A stretch of 64,000 bases of DNA from Octopus vulgaris (Eukaryota). The notes under the pieces are model-generated. The model made no database searches, had not been told where the DNA came from, and was given only the letters and a program-made list of their open reading frames with translations. A program made the position numbers and the translations under genes. Position 1 is the stretch's first letter. Each line of letters begins with the position of its first letter. Shown here one piece after another: positions 38,733 to 50,444 of this stretch. The stretch is from positions 31,558,001 to 31,622,000 of the forward strand of contig OX597839.1 in assembly GCA_951406725.2 (NCBI GenBank), written 5' to 3'.

Positions 38733-39943
38733 CTCTGACGGTGTTGCCAAAATTTACTCAGTCAAGAAGTGTAAGGTTACTGTTTGTGTAACAATTTGTG
38801 CAAAGAAATCCTATTCATGTTTTGATTTCAAAGACGTCTACACTCAACAACAAACACATTTCAACAACGGTTGTTATATGCAAACAGTTCGTTATTTTTG
38901 AATGGAAATTAAAGAATCAATATCTTTTAAGTATTGAGTTATGCTGTCTCTTTTCAATCTATTCCTTCACCTCACTTAAAATACGCATGCAGGCATATAT
39001 GTATATATATATATGCATATATATACATATATATATATTATATGCATATGCTTTGTTATGCATAGAATGAACAGACAGAGAACCATGTATATTCACTATT
39101 AAAATGTTTGTTGAGTTATGGAGACTATGAATATTGAGGTGTAGAGAAAACAGTACTTAACTAATGGAAAGCAGACTTTTAATTAAGCAGAACAGCAGAT
39201 AGTAATTTAACTATTTCAATGAGAATGCTTTAATTGAAATGTATTAAACGTGAGTAGCCATGACAAACCAATTCCCCAGATCATTATTTCTCTCTTATGC
39301 TTCTAAATCATTTGAATAATCACATGTTGTTTGGAAGAGATAATTGTAATGTCGAAATATCATGTTACACTTTCTGAAAGAAGACAAGAAATGCAGGGAG
39401 GGGGGGGAGTGTCTGCCTCATCGTCTTCATCTTCTTCTGTCTCTAAATATTTACAAACGAAAAGCAGTTTTAAAATTGTATGGAAATTGTACACCTCAGA
39501 GTAGATGAGTGATAATGTGTCAGAGGAAGAGTTTTTGAATGCCGGGGAAGATGGGAAGATATTACTCCTGATGGTTTGAAGTAGATATAAATATGAGATG
39601 AGATCAGAAAGACACTGGATGAGCTTCAGAGAAGATGCCTTCACACCTTGGAAAATATATCAGAGAATACAATATTATAATTAATTATGACAAGTAATAA
39701 TTTGCAGCAAGCAGAGATAAAAGGAGTTAAGAGATGATATACATCTGTATACATGAAATATAGGTTTGAAATGAACAAACAGCATACTGTACAGTAATTT
39801 ATGCCATTAATATAACGAATGTGTTTGTTTGTGTGTGTGTGTGTGTGTGTGTGTACAGAAAGACCAGTTGCAGATCTAAGACTGCATTAATAAAATGCTG
39901 CCAAAACAGCTGTTAGGAATTCTGAAACCCACCTGTGTTCTTC

Positions 39944-39945
<2 letters not shown>

Positions 39946-39997
<52 letters not shown>

Positions 39998-40003
39998 CGT
40001 ATG

Positions 40004-40095
<92 letters not shown>

Positions 40096-40175
40096 TATAC
40101 ACTTAATGATATAAATATATTTATATGCATACATTACACACACACACACACACATATATATGTGTGCGTGTGTGT
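39946..40175. repeat. (TA)n/(CA)n microsatellite block
   Basis: Direct reading. Confidence 0.95.
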
Positions 40176-40462
40176 GTGAATAGAACAGATAAGGGAAGTG
40201 AGGTGAGGGAGTTGATGTTTGTGCCATTTGTTTAAAGTGGTTTCATAATCTTGTTTGTTATAAAATAGATATTAGATCAACATTCACAAATATATCAAAT
40301 ATACTTATAAATTCACAACTACACCCATCTACACAAGTGAGCAGAGAGATTAACCAACGAGGCTTATCTCCAGAATGAGTCTTGATAGTTCAAAACATCA
40401 ACTTTACTACCAAAAGCTTGCTGACCCAGCATGTATACCCAGGTGATAGATGTACTCATATA

Positions 40463-41020
40463 CAGTAATACCTTGCTTTACGAGGACCCGCTTTACGAGA
40501 CCTCGAGTTTATGAGTTTTATTTTTCAAACACAAGATGCAAATTTTGGACAAAGTGCAAAAGTTTCTACAACCATAACAAATGCTTCTGTGTGTTACCGA
40601 GAAATTTATGGAGAACAAAAAAAAAAAGCTTCTTCTCAGCAAACAACTCTAGACTTGGTTTTTAAAAAGAAATCTCCAAGTCCATCTATGAGTGCTTGTG
40701 AATTGGCGATCGCATCTACAAGTGATGGTGTGCACAAGTCTAGCGTGAGTGAAAGTGATTCAAAAAACAATAATAATAATAATAATATTTTTTATTATAA
40801 ATGATCTTGACATTCTTTTCACTTTACATAAAATATTCTTTACAATCTCCTGTTTTATTGCCATTTATTTGCGAGTAATATAAATTTTATAGGTAAAATA
40901 TTTTGGGGGGAAGGAATTGTGATTTATAACATTGCTGCTATGGGAAATTATTGCTCTGCTTTATGAGTTTTCACTTTACGAGCAATCTCCAGGAACAAAT
41001 TAACTTGTATATCGAAGCAT

Positions 41021-41025
<5 letters not shown>
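40463..41025 (+). mobile_element. Tigger/pogo-type internally deleted DNA transposon
   Basis: TA|CAGTAATACCTTGCTTTACGAG ... CTTGTATATCGAAGCATTACT TIRs. Residual frame CYREIYGEQKKKASSQQTTLDLVFKK resembles Tigger transposase C-termini (CYREIY.EKKK...QT.LD.FFKK). Confidence 0.8.
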
Positions 41026-41065
<40 letters not shown>

Positions 41066-41397
41066 AGTGTCATGTATATAGACATGTATATGTATGTCTA
41101 TAAAAGTGCACAGTAATTTCTGCCAAGAATATAATGGATGTATGTATGTATATATATATATTTGTATATAATGTATGCATCACAACTATTTCTCAATAAG
41201 TAGGATAAATTCATATTTCATACATTTTTAGGAAATGGCATATGACATATACACAAAAAAATATAGAAAAAATCTTTGGTAAAAATAAATATTAAAAAAA
41301 AAAATTACAATTCTGTGTCCCATTAAAGTAAAGCAATGCTTTATTATATCTAAGTCCAAGTCCCATAGAGTTTATTTCAAATTCTGCACCATTCAAT

Positions 41398-41902
41398 AGG
41401 TGCAGGCATGGTTGAAGCTTTCTTCCCAACCACATGGTTCTGGTTTCAGTCCTACTGTGTGGCACCTTGGACAAGTGTCTTTTACTTCTCCCTGTCTCAG
41501 TCATTTAACTCAAAGAAACCATTTGAATAGGTTCCAGGTTTAAAACAAAACTCCTGGGTGCCCTTCTGCTGATCCTTTTTAGCTACTTGGGTATCAGAGA
41601 CTTGCGCATTTAGATCATTTAGACCAAAACCTTCAGAATGGATTTGGTAGATGGAAACTGAAAGAAGCCCATCATATATGTGTGTGTCTATGTTTGTTCC
41701 CTCCTCCCACCACTTGACAATCGGTGTTGGTATGTTTACATCCCCCTAACACATTGGTTCAGCAAAAGAGACTAACAGAATAAGCACCTGGCTTAAAAGA
41801 GAGCAAAGAAATACTGGGGTCGATTCATTCAGCTAAAAATTCTTCAAGGTGCTGCCCCAGCATGGCTTCAGTCTAACGACTGGAATGAGCAAAAGATAAG
41901 AG
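41398..41902 (+). mobile_element. SINE family A interrupted by a 139-bp insertion
   Basis: Head runs to gtgtctt (~41480) and resumes at agaccaaaacc (~41621). Confidence 0.8.
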
Positions 41903-42360
41903 ATATATATGGATATGTCTATGAATGAAAAAATAAAAAATAAAAAATTTCTTTAATTGATAAATTGTTGATGAATAATATTTTTATACAAAGAGAAATC
42001 TTTTTGCGTATAGAATTTCAATAAGATTTTAGCAAAAGATAGTGAAGAGATCTCCGGTTTAAGAAAACTATGCAGACAGCAGAGTTATTAGATGAGGACA
42101 ATAAGTTTTCAAAACAAACAGATGAGCAGATAATATTTATAGAAAACATCTTTAGAAATAAATTTGCTCCAACATGTAAGAAAAAAAAAAAATCTGTGAG
42201 TGAAAATACATTTCCTATAAATAGAAGTTGAAAACTACTGAGATCAACCTTGCCTTTAATCCTTTCATGGTTGATAAAATAAGGACTAGTCAAGCACTGG
42301 GATCGATGTAACCCCACTAGTGCCACCCATCATATTTCAGACTATTTAAAAAATAACAAT

Positions 42361-42763
42361 AGGAGTGGCTGTGTGGTAAGTTGCTTGCCAACCACATGGT
42401 TCCGGGTTCAGTCCCACTGCGTGGCACCTTGGGCAAGTGTCTTCTACTATAGCCTCGGGCCGACCAAAGCCTTGTGAGTGGATTTGGTAGACGGAAACTG
42501 AAAGAAGCCCGTCGTATATAAGTATATATATATATATATATATTTATGTTTGTGTGTTGTGTTTGTCCTCCCCCCAACATCGCTTGACAACCGATGCTGG
42601 TGTGTTTATGTCCCTGTCACTTAGCGGTTTGGCAAAAGAGACCGATAGAATAAGTACTAGGCTTACAAAGAATAAGTCCTGGGGTCGATTTCCTCGACTA
42701 CAGGCGGTGCTCCAGCATGGCCACAGTCAAATGGGTGAAACAAGTAAATGAGAAAAAAATGAG
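42361..42763 (+). mobile_element. SINE family A, young copy
   Basis: aggagtggctgtgtggtaag..ggttccgggttcagtcccactgcgtggcacc..gaaacaagtaaatgag. Confidence 0.9.
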
Positions 42764-42807
42764 AAAAAAAAGAATTATGACTTGAAGATAACATAAAATA
42801 TGGGCTG

Positions 42808-43050
42808 ATAGCACTAAGCAGTGGTGTGTATAAATACAAACTTGTCACCAGTTCAAATACATCCGAGACATATTTGAACCTGTAAGGAAGCCATTCGTTG
42901 TACTGATGGAGGGAACCTTGTGTATTTACACTGATTTGTCTACAGGGAGAAATTTTCTCAATGACAAAATACAATGAATGGATTTCTTATGGGTTCGAAA
43001 ACGCCTCAAACATATTTGAACTGGGAACAAGCTTGGGTTTGCAAAATATA
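42808..43050. mobile_element. Foldback/palindromic MITE-like element
   Basis: Left arm acaaacttgtcaccagttcaaatacatccgagacatatttgaacctgtaaggaagccattcgttgta is an imperfect reverse complement of right arm tacaatgaatggatttcttatgggttcgaaaacgcctcaaacatatttgaactgggaacaagcttg; a half-copy lies at 61763-61895. Confidence 0.7.
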
Positions 43051-43353
43051 AATTTGTTTCTTTTTTACTTTTTTTTTTTAATTGTCTTTAAATGAAGCCC
43101 TTGTTAATGACTTAATAGCTTTCTACTTTAATGAAGTAAGGAACATTGAGAGGTACAAAGAATTAGTTGTAGCATTAAACCAGGGAAAGTAAATGGAGAG
43201 CTCTTTTAGTTGGTTTCAGGCAAAATGGCTTAAGGAGATAAAACGTGATATTAATGAATAGAAAATATAATTAATAAGAGGAGACTCTTAATTAAAAGTA
43301 AATCCTTTAATGCTATTCTGTCAGTAAATACCACATAATGACTTTTATCTTAA

Positions 43354-43539
43354 CCCTTTCAATATTAGATAATCCACTCCAGTTTAGGCTATATACAGTT
43401 AATGGAACAGTCATAGATTATTAAAATGGGACAATTGGTAGTTCACAGGGAGTTGTGTAACAAGATACAGGGGTGGGGGCACTTTTACTTTGGTGGTCTG
43501 GAGTTAACTTGATTGAGGACACGTATTACAACGAAAGGG
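43354..43539. mobile_element. piggyBac-type MITE family P3
   Basis: TTAA|CCCTTTC ... CGAAAGGG|TTAA. Confidence 0.7.
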
Positions 43540-43859
43540 TTAATGATGATTACAAGGTCTTCTGTGCATTTAATGTCAGACATCATAGTCAGGCCCCATG
43601 GTCAGTTTGTATGAAACAACATCTTTTGAAGTTTCACACCCAATTATTCATATAAAGTTCAATTTTGTGAAACTTTGTGAAATTCTCTCTCTCACTCTCT
43701 AACTTTTGTATTTTAACACTAGGGAGAGTAACTCCGAGGGAGTCATTGTGTTAGTGCTGACGTGTCACTGCTACCATGACAAATAAAGACATTTCTTCTT
43801 TAAGTATAAGTTTGAAAGCATGGTTAATGGAGAGAAGTTACAAGTAGAGGAAATCTCCC

Positions 43860-44150
43860 AATGATCTAAATGCACAATTCTCTGGTATCCAAGTAGCTAA
43901 AAAGGATCAGCAGAAGGGCACCCAGGAGTTTTGTTTTAAACCTGGAACCTATTCAAATGGCTTCTTTGAGTTAAATGACTGAGACGGGGAGAAGTAAACA
44001 AACCTCTAATGGTTGTCAAACAATGCCAGTGACAAAAACAAATATGTACATACATATCCACATGGGACAGGCTTCCATACAATTTCCACTGCTGAACTCA
44101 CTCACAAACCATTGGGTAACCTGGTGCTACACTGGAAGACACTTGCCCAG
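43860..44150 (-). mobile_element. Old degenerate SINE family A copy (source of the 41481-41619 duplicate)
   Basis: aaacctggaacctattc..gacggggagaagtaaacaaacc..ggttgtcaa..gaagacacttgccca follows the family A consensus. Confidence 0.65.
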
Positions 44151-44239
44151 AACCAGAGGATCATAAAGCAAACTATATATGTGTGTGTGTGTGTGTACAT
44201 GCATCACTCTCTCTCTCTCTCTCTATACATATATATATA

Positions 44240-44353
44240 TCATCATCATCATCATCGTCGTTTAACGTCCGTTCTCCATGCTAGCATGGGTTGGACGGTT
44301 CGACCGGGGTTCTGGGAAGCCAGGAGGCTGCACCAGGCTCCAGTCTAATCTGG

Positions 44354-44357
<4 letters not shown>
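44240..44357 (-). mobile_element. Family C element, truncated at (TA)n
   Basis: (cat)n cgtttaacgtccgttctccatgctagcatgggttggacgg.. Confidence 0.85.
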
Positions 44358-44400
<43 letters not shown>

Positions 44401-44402
<2 letters not shown>

Positions 44403-44726
44403 AAGACTCCGCCGGTTACGACGACGAGGGTCCCAGCTGATACGATCAACGGAACAGCTTGCTCGTGAAATTAACGTGCAAATGGCTGAGCATTCCACAG
44501 ACACGTGTACCCTTAACGTAGTTCTTGGGGATAATCAGCGTGACACAGAGAGTGACAAGGCTGACCCTTTGAAATACAAGTACAACTCATTTTTGCCAGC
44601 TGAGTGGACTGGAGCAACGTGAAATAAAGTGTCTTGCTCAAGGACACAACGTGTCGCCGGGAATCGAACTCACAACCTTACGATCATGAGCCGAATGCCC
44701 TAACCACTAAGCCACGCGCCCTCACC
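44401..44726 (-). mobile_element. SINE family D, young tRNA-derived copy inside (TA)n
   Basis: Minus strand ggcgcgtggcttagtggttaggg (A box) .. gagttcgattccc (B box) .. tgtgtccttgagcaagacactt; CpGs intact. Confidence 0.88.
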
Positions 44727-44737
44727 TATATATATAT

Positions 44738-45155
44738 ATCATCATCATCATCATCGTTTAAACGTCCGCTTTCCATGCTAGCATGGGTTGGACGGTTCAA
44801 CTGGGGTCTGGGAAGCCCGAAGGCTGCACCAGGCCAGTCAGATCTGGCAGTGTTTCTACAGCTGGATGCCCTTCCTAACGCCAACCACTCCGTGAGTGTA
44901 GTGGGTGCTTTTTATGTGCCACCGACCCAGGTGCCAGACGAGGCTGGTGAACGGCCATGCTCGGATGGTGTTTTTTTTTTTTTTTATGTGCCACGGACAC
45001 TGGTGCCAGACGAGGTTGGCGAACGGCCACGCTCGGATGGTGTTTTTTACGTGCCCACAGCACGGAGGCCAGTCGATGCGGTACTGGCTACGGCCACGTT
45101 CGGATGGTTTTCTTATGAGCCACCAGCACTGGTACCACAAAAATACAAATTCCAT

Positions 45156-45160
<5 letters not shown>
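44738..45160 (-). mobile_element. Family C element with internal ~60-65 bp tandem repeats
   Basis: Family C tail plus repeated ttttatgtgccac..ggtgccagacgagg.tgg.gaacggcca.gctcggatggtg units (two clear, one degenerate). Confidence 0.85.
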
Positions 45161-45188
<28 letters not shown>

Positions 45189-45684
45189 AGTATATATATA
45201 TAAATATGTATATACACATATCTATAGTAGCATGGCTGTATGTATGTATGTCTTCTTAACTTTGAAGCCAGGCAACCATGCCACTTTCTCTATCCACAGC
45301 TTTTCCTACATAATTCACCTTAAAATGGAAACCAACAAAGAATAAAAGAAAGCCATTTTATTTTTGTTCTACGTCAAATAAATTTACACATTTCAAAGAA
45401 TTTCTGTAAAGAGATTTAGAAGAGTCAATGAATTGTGAGTTAATAACATTTCTAACAAAACGATGATGATGATGACGAAGATGATGATAATAATAATAAT
45501 AATATTATTAATAATAATAATGATGATAATAATGATAATGATAAAAAAGAAAGATATTTTCCATCCAGAATTTCCTGCATCTGGTAAATTCATTTAATGT
45601 CTTCATTACAAAAGCCAAATGACAGATTGCAAAGCAAGTAGTCACAAGTTGAAGCTAAAAACAGAAGCAGGATCTGGTGTAATT

Positions 45685-45740
<56 letters not shown>

Positions 45741-46504
45741 CTGAGAATAGTTCTATTGATTGCTGTGTGCATTTATAGATAAATGCTTCATTAATATTGT
45801 AGGGAAACAAATATAACAGACAATAACAACAGATAATAAAACAAAATTAAAGTAAATACAGAATGTGTGTGTGTGTGAGAGAGAGAGAGAAAAAGAGAGA
45901 GAGAATGCAAGGGAGCATGTATGTGCTTGTGGGTACAGACAGATAAATAGGGAGGCAAATGTAAACACACATGCACACGCACGCAGATACAGGCTCACAC
46001 AAAATATGTTTTATTCAAATTGCAGGCATGTTGTTGACTCAATGGTTAAAAAAGCCGTGAATTTGTCAGAGTTGAAATAACCATTCATGCTGCCAGTCAA
46101 TAAAGTAAGTCTGTGTAGTTTATTGGATTAAATAAGCAAACCAATGAGGAATGGAAATGATTCAGGTTCTTAAAGGGGGGGGGAAGCGGTCAAACTTAAC
46201 TGAAGCATTGATAAAATACTGACAGAACTAGTGTTTCATATACTAACTTAGTTCAAATTTACAAGTATATAAACATACATAGTTATATGTGTGTGTGTGT
46301 CTGTGTGTGTAATAAAAAAACAAAAAAACAGATGTTGATATTTTGGTATTTTGAATTAATTTTATACGCGAGTTTCAAGTAATTATGTAACAAAGTTATT
46401 GCGTAATAGCTTCTTCAGTTAGGGCAGATGTATTAAATGCATTCAAAATACCAAAATATTGAAATTTGGTTTTGTCCTTGCTTCAGTAACATTTAATAAT
46501 ATAA

Positions 46505-46842
46505 TATAATGAAATTATTGTATACAGTGCTCAGGTGCACCACAACTTGTCAGAGTATATGCAGTAATGTACACATATCTGGAAAGCGAACAATGCATGA
46601 GTCAGATACATGCTTGTGTGTGTATGGAGGGGAGAAAATCAGGTGTAGTGTTGGCGAATCTCAGGAAAGCATGGAAGTTTTGAAGGATGCAGTGCTCCGA
46701 CAACTAACAACTGATGCCGGCAGTTTGTTCCATGCTTCAGCAATTCTTAGTGTGAAAAAATGTTTCCTGAAGTCATGGGAGCTGTGCTGTTTTCTGACTT
46801 TGTAAATATGTCCACGGGTGTTAGATGGGTGGAGTTTGAAAA
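46505..46842 (-). mobile_element. CR1-clade LINE 3' end (ORF2 C-terminus plus 3' UTR)
   Basis: Minus strand FKLHPSNTRGHIYKVRKQHSSHDFRKHFFTLRIAEAWNKLPASVVSCRSTASFK matches the CR1 signature TRGH..K.....RK.FF..R....WN.LP..VV...S...FK. Confidence 0.88.
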
Positions 46843-47157
46843 TATAACAAAGATTTTGGAGTGGAATGTTTTACTGAGCTCAAGTCCAAAAACTCTGGTA
46901 AAGTGAATTGTATCAAAACATGTCCTCAGAATGATGAGTCAGATTCTGGTATTTGAGCCGATGAAACTTGGAGTCACACGGAGCTGAATCAAACTGTTGT
47001 TAATTAATACATGTTAATTCATACCAGATGTCATCTTTTGAATTAGAGAGAGAGCACTTTCCTTCAATCTCCAAGGTGATCTTGAACCTGTGTAGTTCCT
47101 CGACTAGTCCAAGATGGAGGTTTTCCCTATGTCAGAAAGTCTGCTGCTGCTGCTGCC

Positions 47158-47158
47158 A

Positions 47159-47209
<51 letters not shown>

Positions 47210-47240
47210 TGTCATCATTGTCATCATTGTCATCATCATT
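47158..47240. repeat. (CAT)n microsatellite
   Basis: Direct reading; source of the poly-His and poly-Ile ORFs. Confidence 0.95.
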
Positions 47241-47379
47241 GGTCACTTGTACACCATACATACTTATTTTTCAAGCTTTATTTATCTCAATTTTCTATGT
47301 AAGCCCTTGCAATTAATGGCTGCTTTGTACATGTCCACCTTGTCAGTCATCCTGGTTGCACATAAATAATCATCATCCA

Positions 47380-47410
<31 letters not shown>

Positions 47411-48501
47411 GGTTGGTACTATTATAGATCATTGGACTAAATTCTTTATACTATTTTGTTTCATTGGAGCAGAGGAATATGATAGGGAAACAGTGCAAGT
47501 GTGTGTGTGTGTGTGTGTGTGTAAGGAGAGAGAGAGGGGGGAGGGAAGGAGGGAGGGAGTGAGAGAGAGAGAGATTGTATATGTAGTCAGTATACGCTGT
47601 CAGTGAACAGCACAAACCGAAGCACAGATATAAAGATTTCTTATTGTATAAAGAAGCAGATAACCTGTTCTTCGAAGTGGTGTGTTAACCACAAGGCTAC
47701 CTCCAGGGGCTTAAATATTTCGGTTTGGAGTAAATGAATGAGAAAAAGCACTTTACTCATTAAGGACCGAAAAAAGAAAATAGAATACAGACGAACATCT
47801 AGAAGGGAACACGGTCACCACCATCACTACTACCATCATCATCATCATCTTTTTGTGACTTTGATCTCACCTGTTTGAGCAAGAAGTTGATCGACACACT
47901 GAATGCAAGTGAATTAGGGATATCAAAGGGTATGAAATAAGCAGATGAAAGGGAGAAGATCACTGGGAAAGATTACTAAAGCCAAATACTTGATTACATG
48001 TCGAATGGTAAAGTAGAAAAAGCTGGTGAAAGGGAGCAGAGAAAGCAGAAGTAGACCCCAAGGTAATTTGAAACAAAGGAATTATTTTATTCATGTGATC
48101 CTGTCTCACATGCGAAATTACGGAAGAATATGGATGACTGGAAATTTATTCAGCAATTGGATAGTGGATGTTCAACCAACCATGATAATGGTGGTGATGA
48201 TGATCATCAGAAAGAGAATCAGACAAAGATTCTATGAAAATGTATTAAGAGATCCAGCAAGAGTGGCACAGGTGTCGCCTCCTCTTTGTGTGCCATGTCT
48301 ACAGGTTTTGGTAATGAAGCACAACCATACCCTCTTGCCACCACCCCCACCAACACATCCTAGCTTTTTATTTGATCAGTCTGTAGCAAGCTGGTAAAAC
48401 CCACCAAGGGTCACAAAGTGAGGTGACCTGGTTCACAGTGGTTTACAATGGTATGTGACAGGATGATTAAAAGTGCTTTGCTTACAAATGAATTTCCGAA
48501 T

Positions 48502-48533
<32 letters not shown>

Positions 48534-48542
48534 TCTACATGA

Positions 48543-48578
48543 ATTCCACACTGTTGCTTCTGCTAAATATTAATATAC

Positions 48579-48620
<42 letters not shown>

Positions 48621-48652
48621 ATTAATATTTAGCAGAAGCAACAGAGTGGAAT
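48543..48652. repeat. Near-perfect palindrome around a (TA)n core
   Basis: attccacactgttgcttctgctaaatattaatatacata (48543-48581) vs tatgtatattaatatttagcagaagcaacagagtggaat (48614-48652), one mismatch. Confidence 0.92.
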
Positions 48653-48864
48653 ATATATATATGCATAAATACATACACACATTTGTGTGAGTGTGTCATG
48701 AAGTTCCTGTCATAATTGGTAATTAAAATAATACAGCTTATTACAAATTGAAGACTGTAATACTTATTAATTCTTCAGATTGCAGCTTATTGGCACCATT
48801 GATGTCATGCAGCCACAAATAATGAGCAACAAGGAAGGGGTTTATGGTGTTTGCAACCATTTCA

Positions 48865-49122
48865 TACAATGAATAATACACTACAATAAAGTACAATATG
48901 GTCAAGTATGATGAAGTACAATACAGTAGCATGCAGTTGGGTATAATAGAGTACATTGAAGTGTAGCATGATATGGTGCACTGTAACACAGTATAGAGTG
49001 GTACAATAAGATACATTGAATAAAGTATGATAAAGTACATCAGAATAAAGTATGGTATAATAGAATACAATGAAGGACAATACAGTATGGTGCAGTGTAA
49101 CAAAGTACATCAAAGTACATTA
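48865..49122. repeat. Degenerate pentanucleotide-period minisatellite
   Basis: Units such as tacaa/taaag/tatgg/tacag/tgaag in 5-bp register. Confidence 0.75.
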
Positions 49123-49702
49123 TTCTTAACTGCTTGCCCTCAGCTCTCTTTCACACTTAAACCCTAACATTGTTCTTCTCCATCCTCTCTCTCGCTTATG
49201 TCCCCGTTCAGTGAAAATAGGCAGCTTTCCTTCACGTTTCAATCTACCAGGCAACCCTACTGGTGTTGGTGCCACAAATAAATACATCCAGTAATAGAAA
49301 CCATGCCAAACCCCAGGTATTACACCAAAACATAGTTTTCCAATTTGACAAATCCTGTCAAACCATCCAAACCACATTAACATGGAATGCTAATGTAAAT
49401 TCGCACACTCACACACACACACACATATACACACACAAACAATATCCTTCTTCCTCCTAACATGGAATGAAAACTTCTGATGATATCATGAAATTGTAAC
49501 ATTGTGACTAACTTCTTAGTCATGATTAGCACAAGTGAAACTGGTTGACTATGTAAATATTTTATTTATTATACACACACATATATAGTCCAACATAAAA
49601 TTTCTGTGCATTTTGTTTATTTTTACTTTTCACTACAATTCACCATGTGGTAAATATATATGCATGACCGCAGCCTCAGGGCCAAAACATAAGAGAATAT
49701 GA

Positions 49703-49747
<45 letters not shown>

Positions 49748-50408
49748 AATATATACATATATGAAGAGGCTAGGAGGGAGTGACAATGTGATCAAGTCTA
49801 CCATGTTTCCAGACATGTCTCCAAATAGGAACCAACAATTCTCAATGGATTCTACCAAGAGTTATTAAACGAAAATGGAGACGATGGTTCAGTGCAGTAC
49901 AAATGGCAGCTTGAACCACAATGAAACAAACTTTATCTTTTGGCTTTGTAGGTTTGATAGAATAGGTACCATGCAAAGGCTGGACTTGATCTCCTCAGCT
50001 ATTCCTCAACCAAAACAGATGGCCTTCTGCCAGTGCCAAAAATCAATGCCAGATGTTGCAATACCAGCCAGATGTGGTCATCTGTTTATGACTCACAAGT
50101 GTTTTGGGTCTATTGTAGCAGATGCATATTAACTCTGACCTCTGTTAAGGTCAGCACAAGGGTTTACTGACAGGAGAATTTCTCTGCCAAACAGGGAATT
50201 TGTGTTTTTGTTCTAAATATGAATGGTGTTTCTACATCGAGGATTTCCCATCAAATTAAGGGGCAGGTGGGGAGTTGGGCGAGTCGTCTCCTTTGTGTTT
50301 CTTAATGTAGATGTGTTAGTTAAGTGATGTGCTGTGTATTTCCAGTCAATACTTGAAAGAGATTGTGTGATTGCGAATGTTACTTTCCAAGCAGGAGTCG
50401 TCGCAGTG

Positions 50409-50444
<36 letters not shown>

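Noticed and set aside
40285-40306. Partial similarity to miR-190 on the minus strand
   Set aside because: Seed mismatches and no complementary arm.
44650-44722. tRNA-like sequence on the minus strand (A and B boxes, CAT-like loop)
   Set aside because: It is the head of SINE family D; the acceptor stem does not close and it runs straight into the SINE body.
44905-45135. Repeat units with variable intervening sequence, superficially CRISPR-like
   Set aside because: Tandem units inside a eukaryotic retroelement; no unique spacers and no cas genes.
49477-49500. CTGATGA-tatcat-GAAA hammerhead-like spacing
   Set aside because: No stem I, II or III pairing; explained by the local palindrome atgatatcat.
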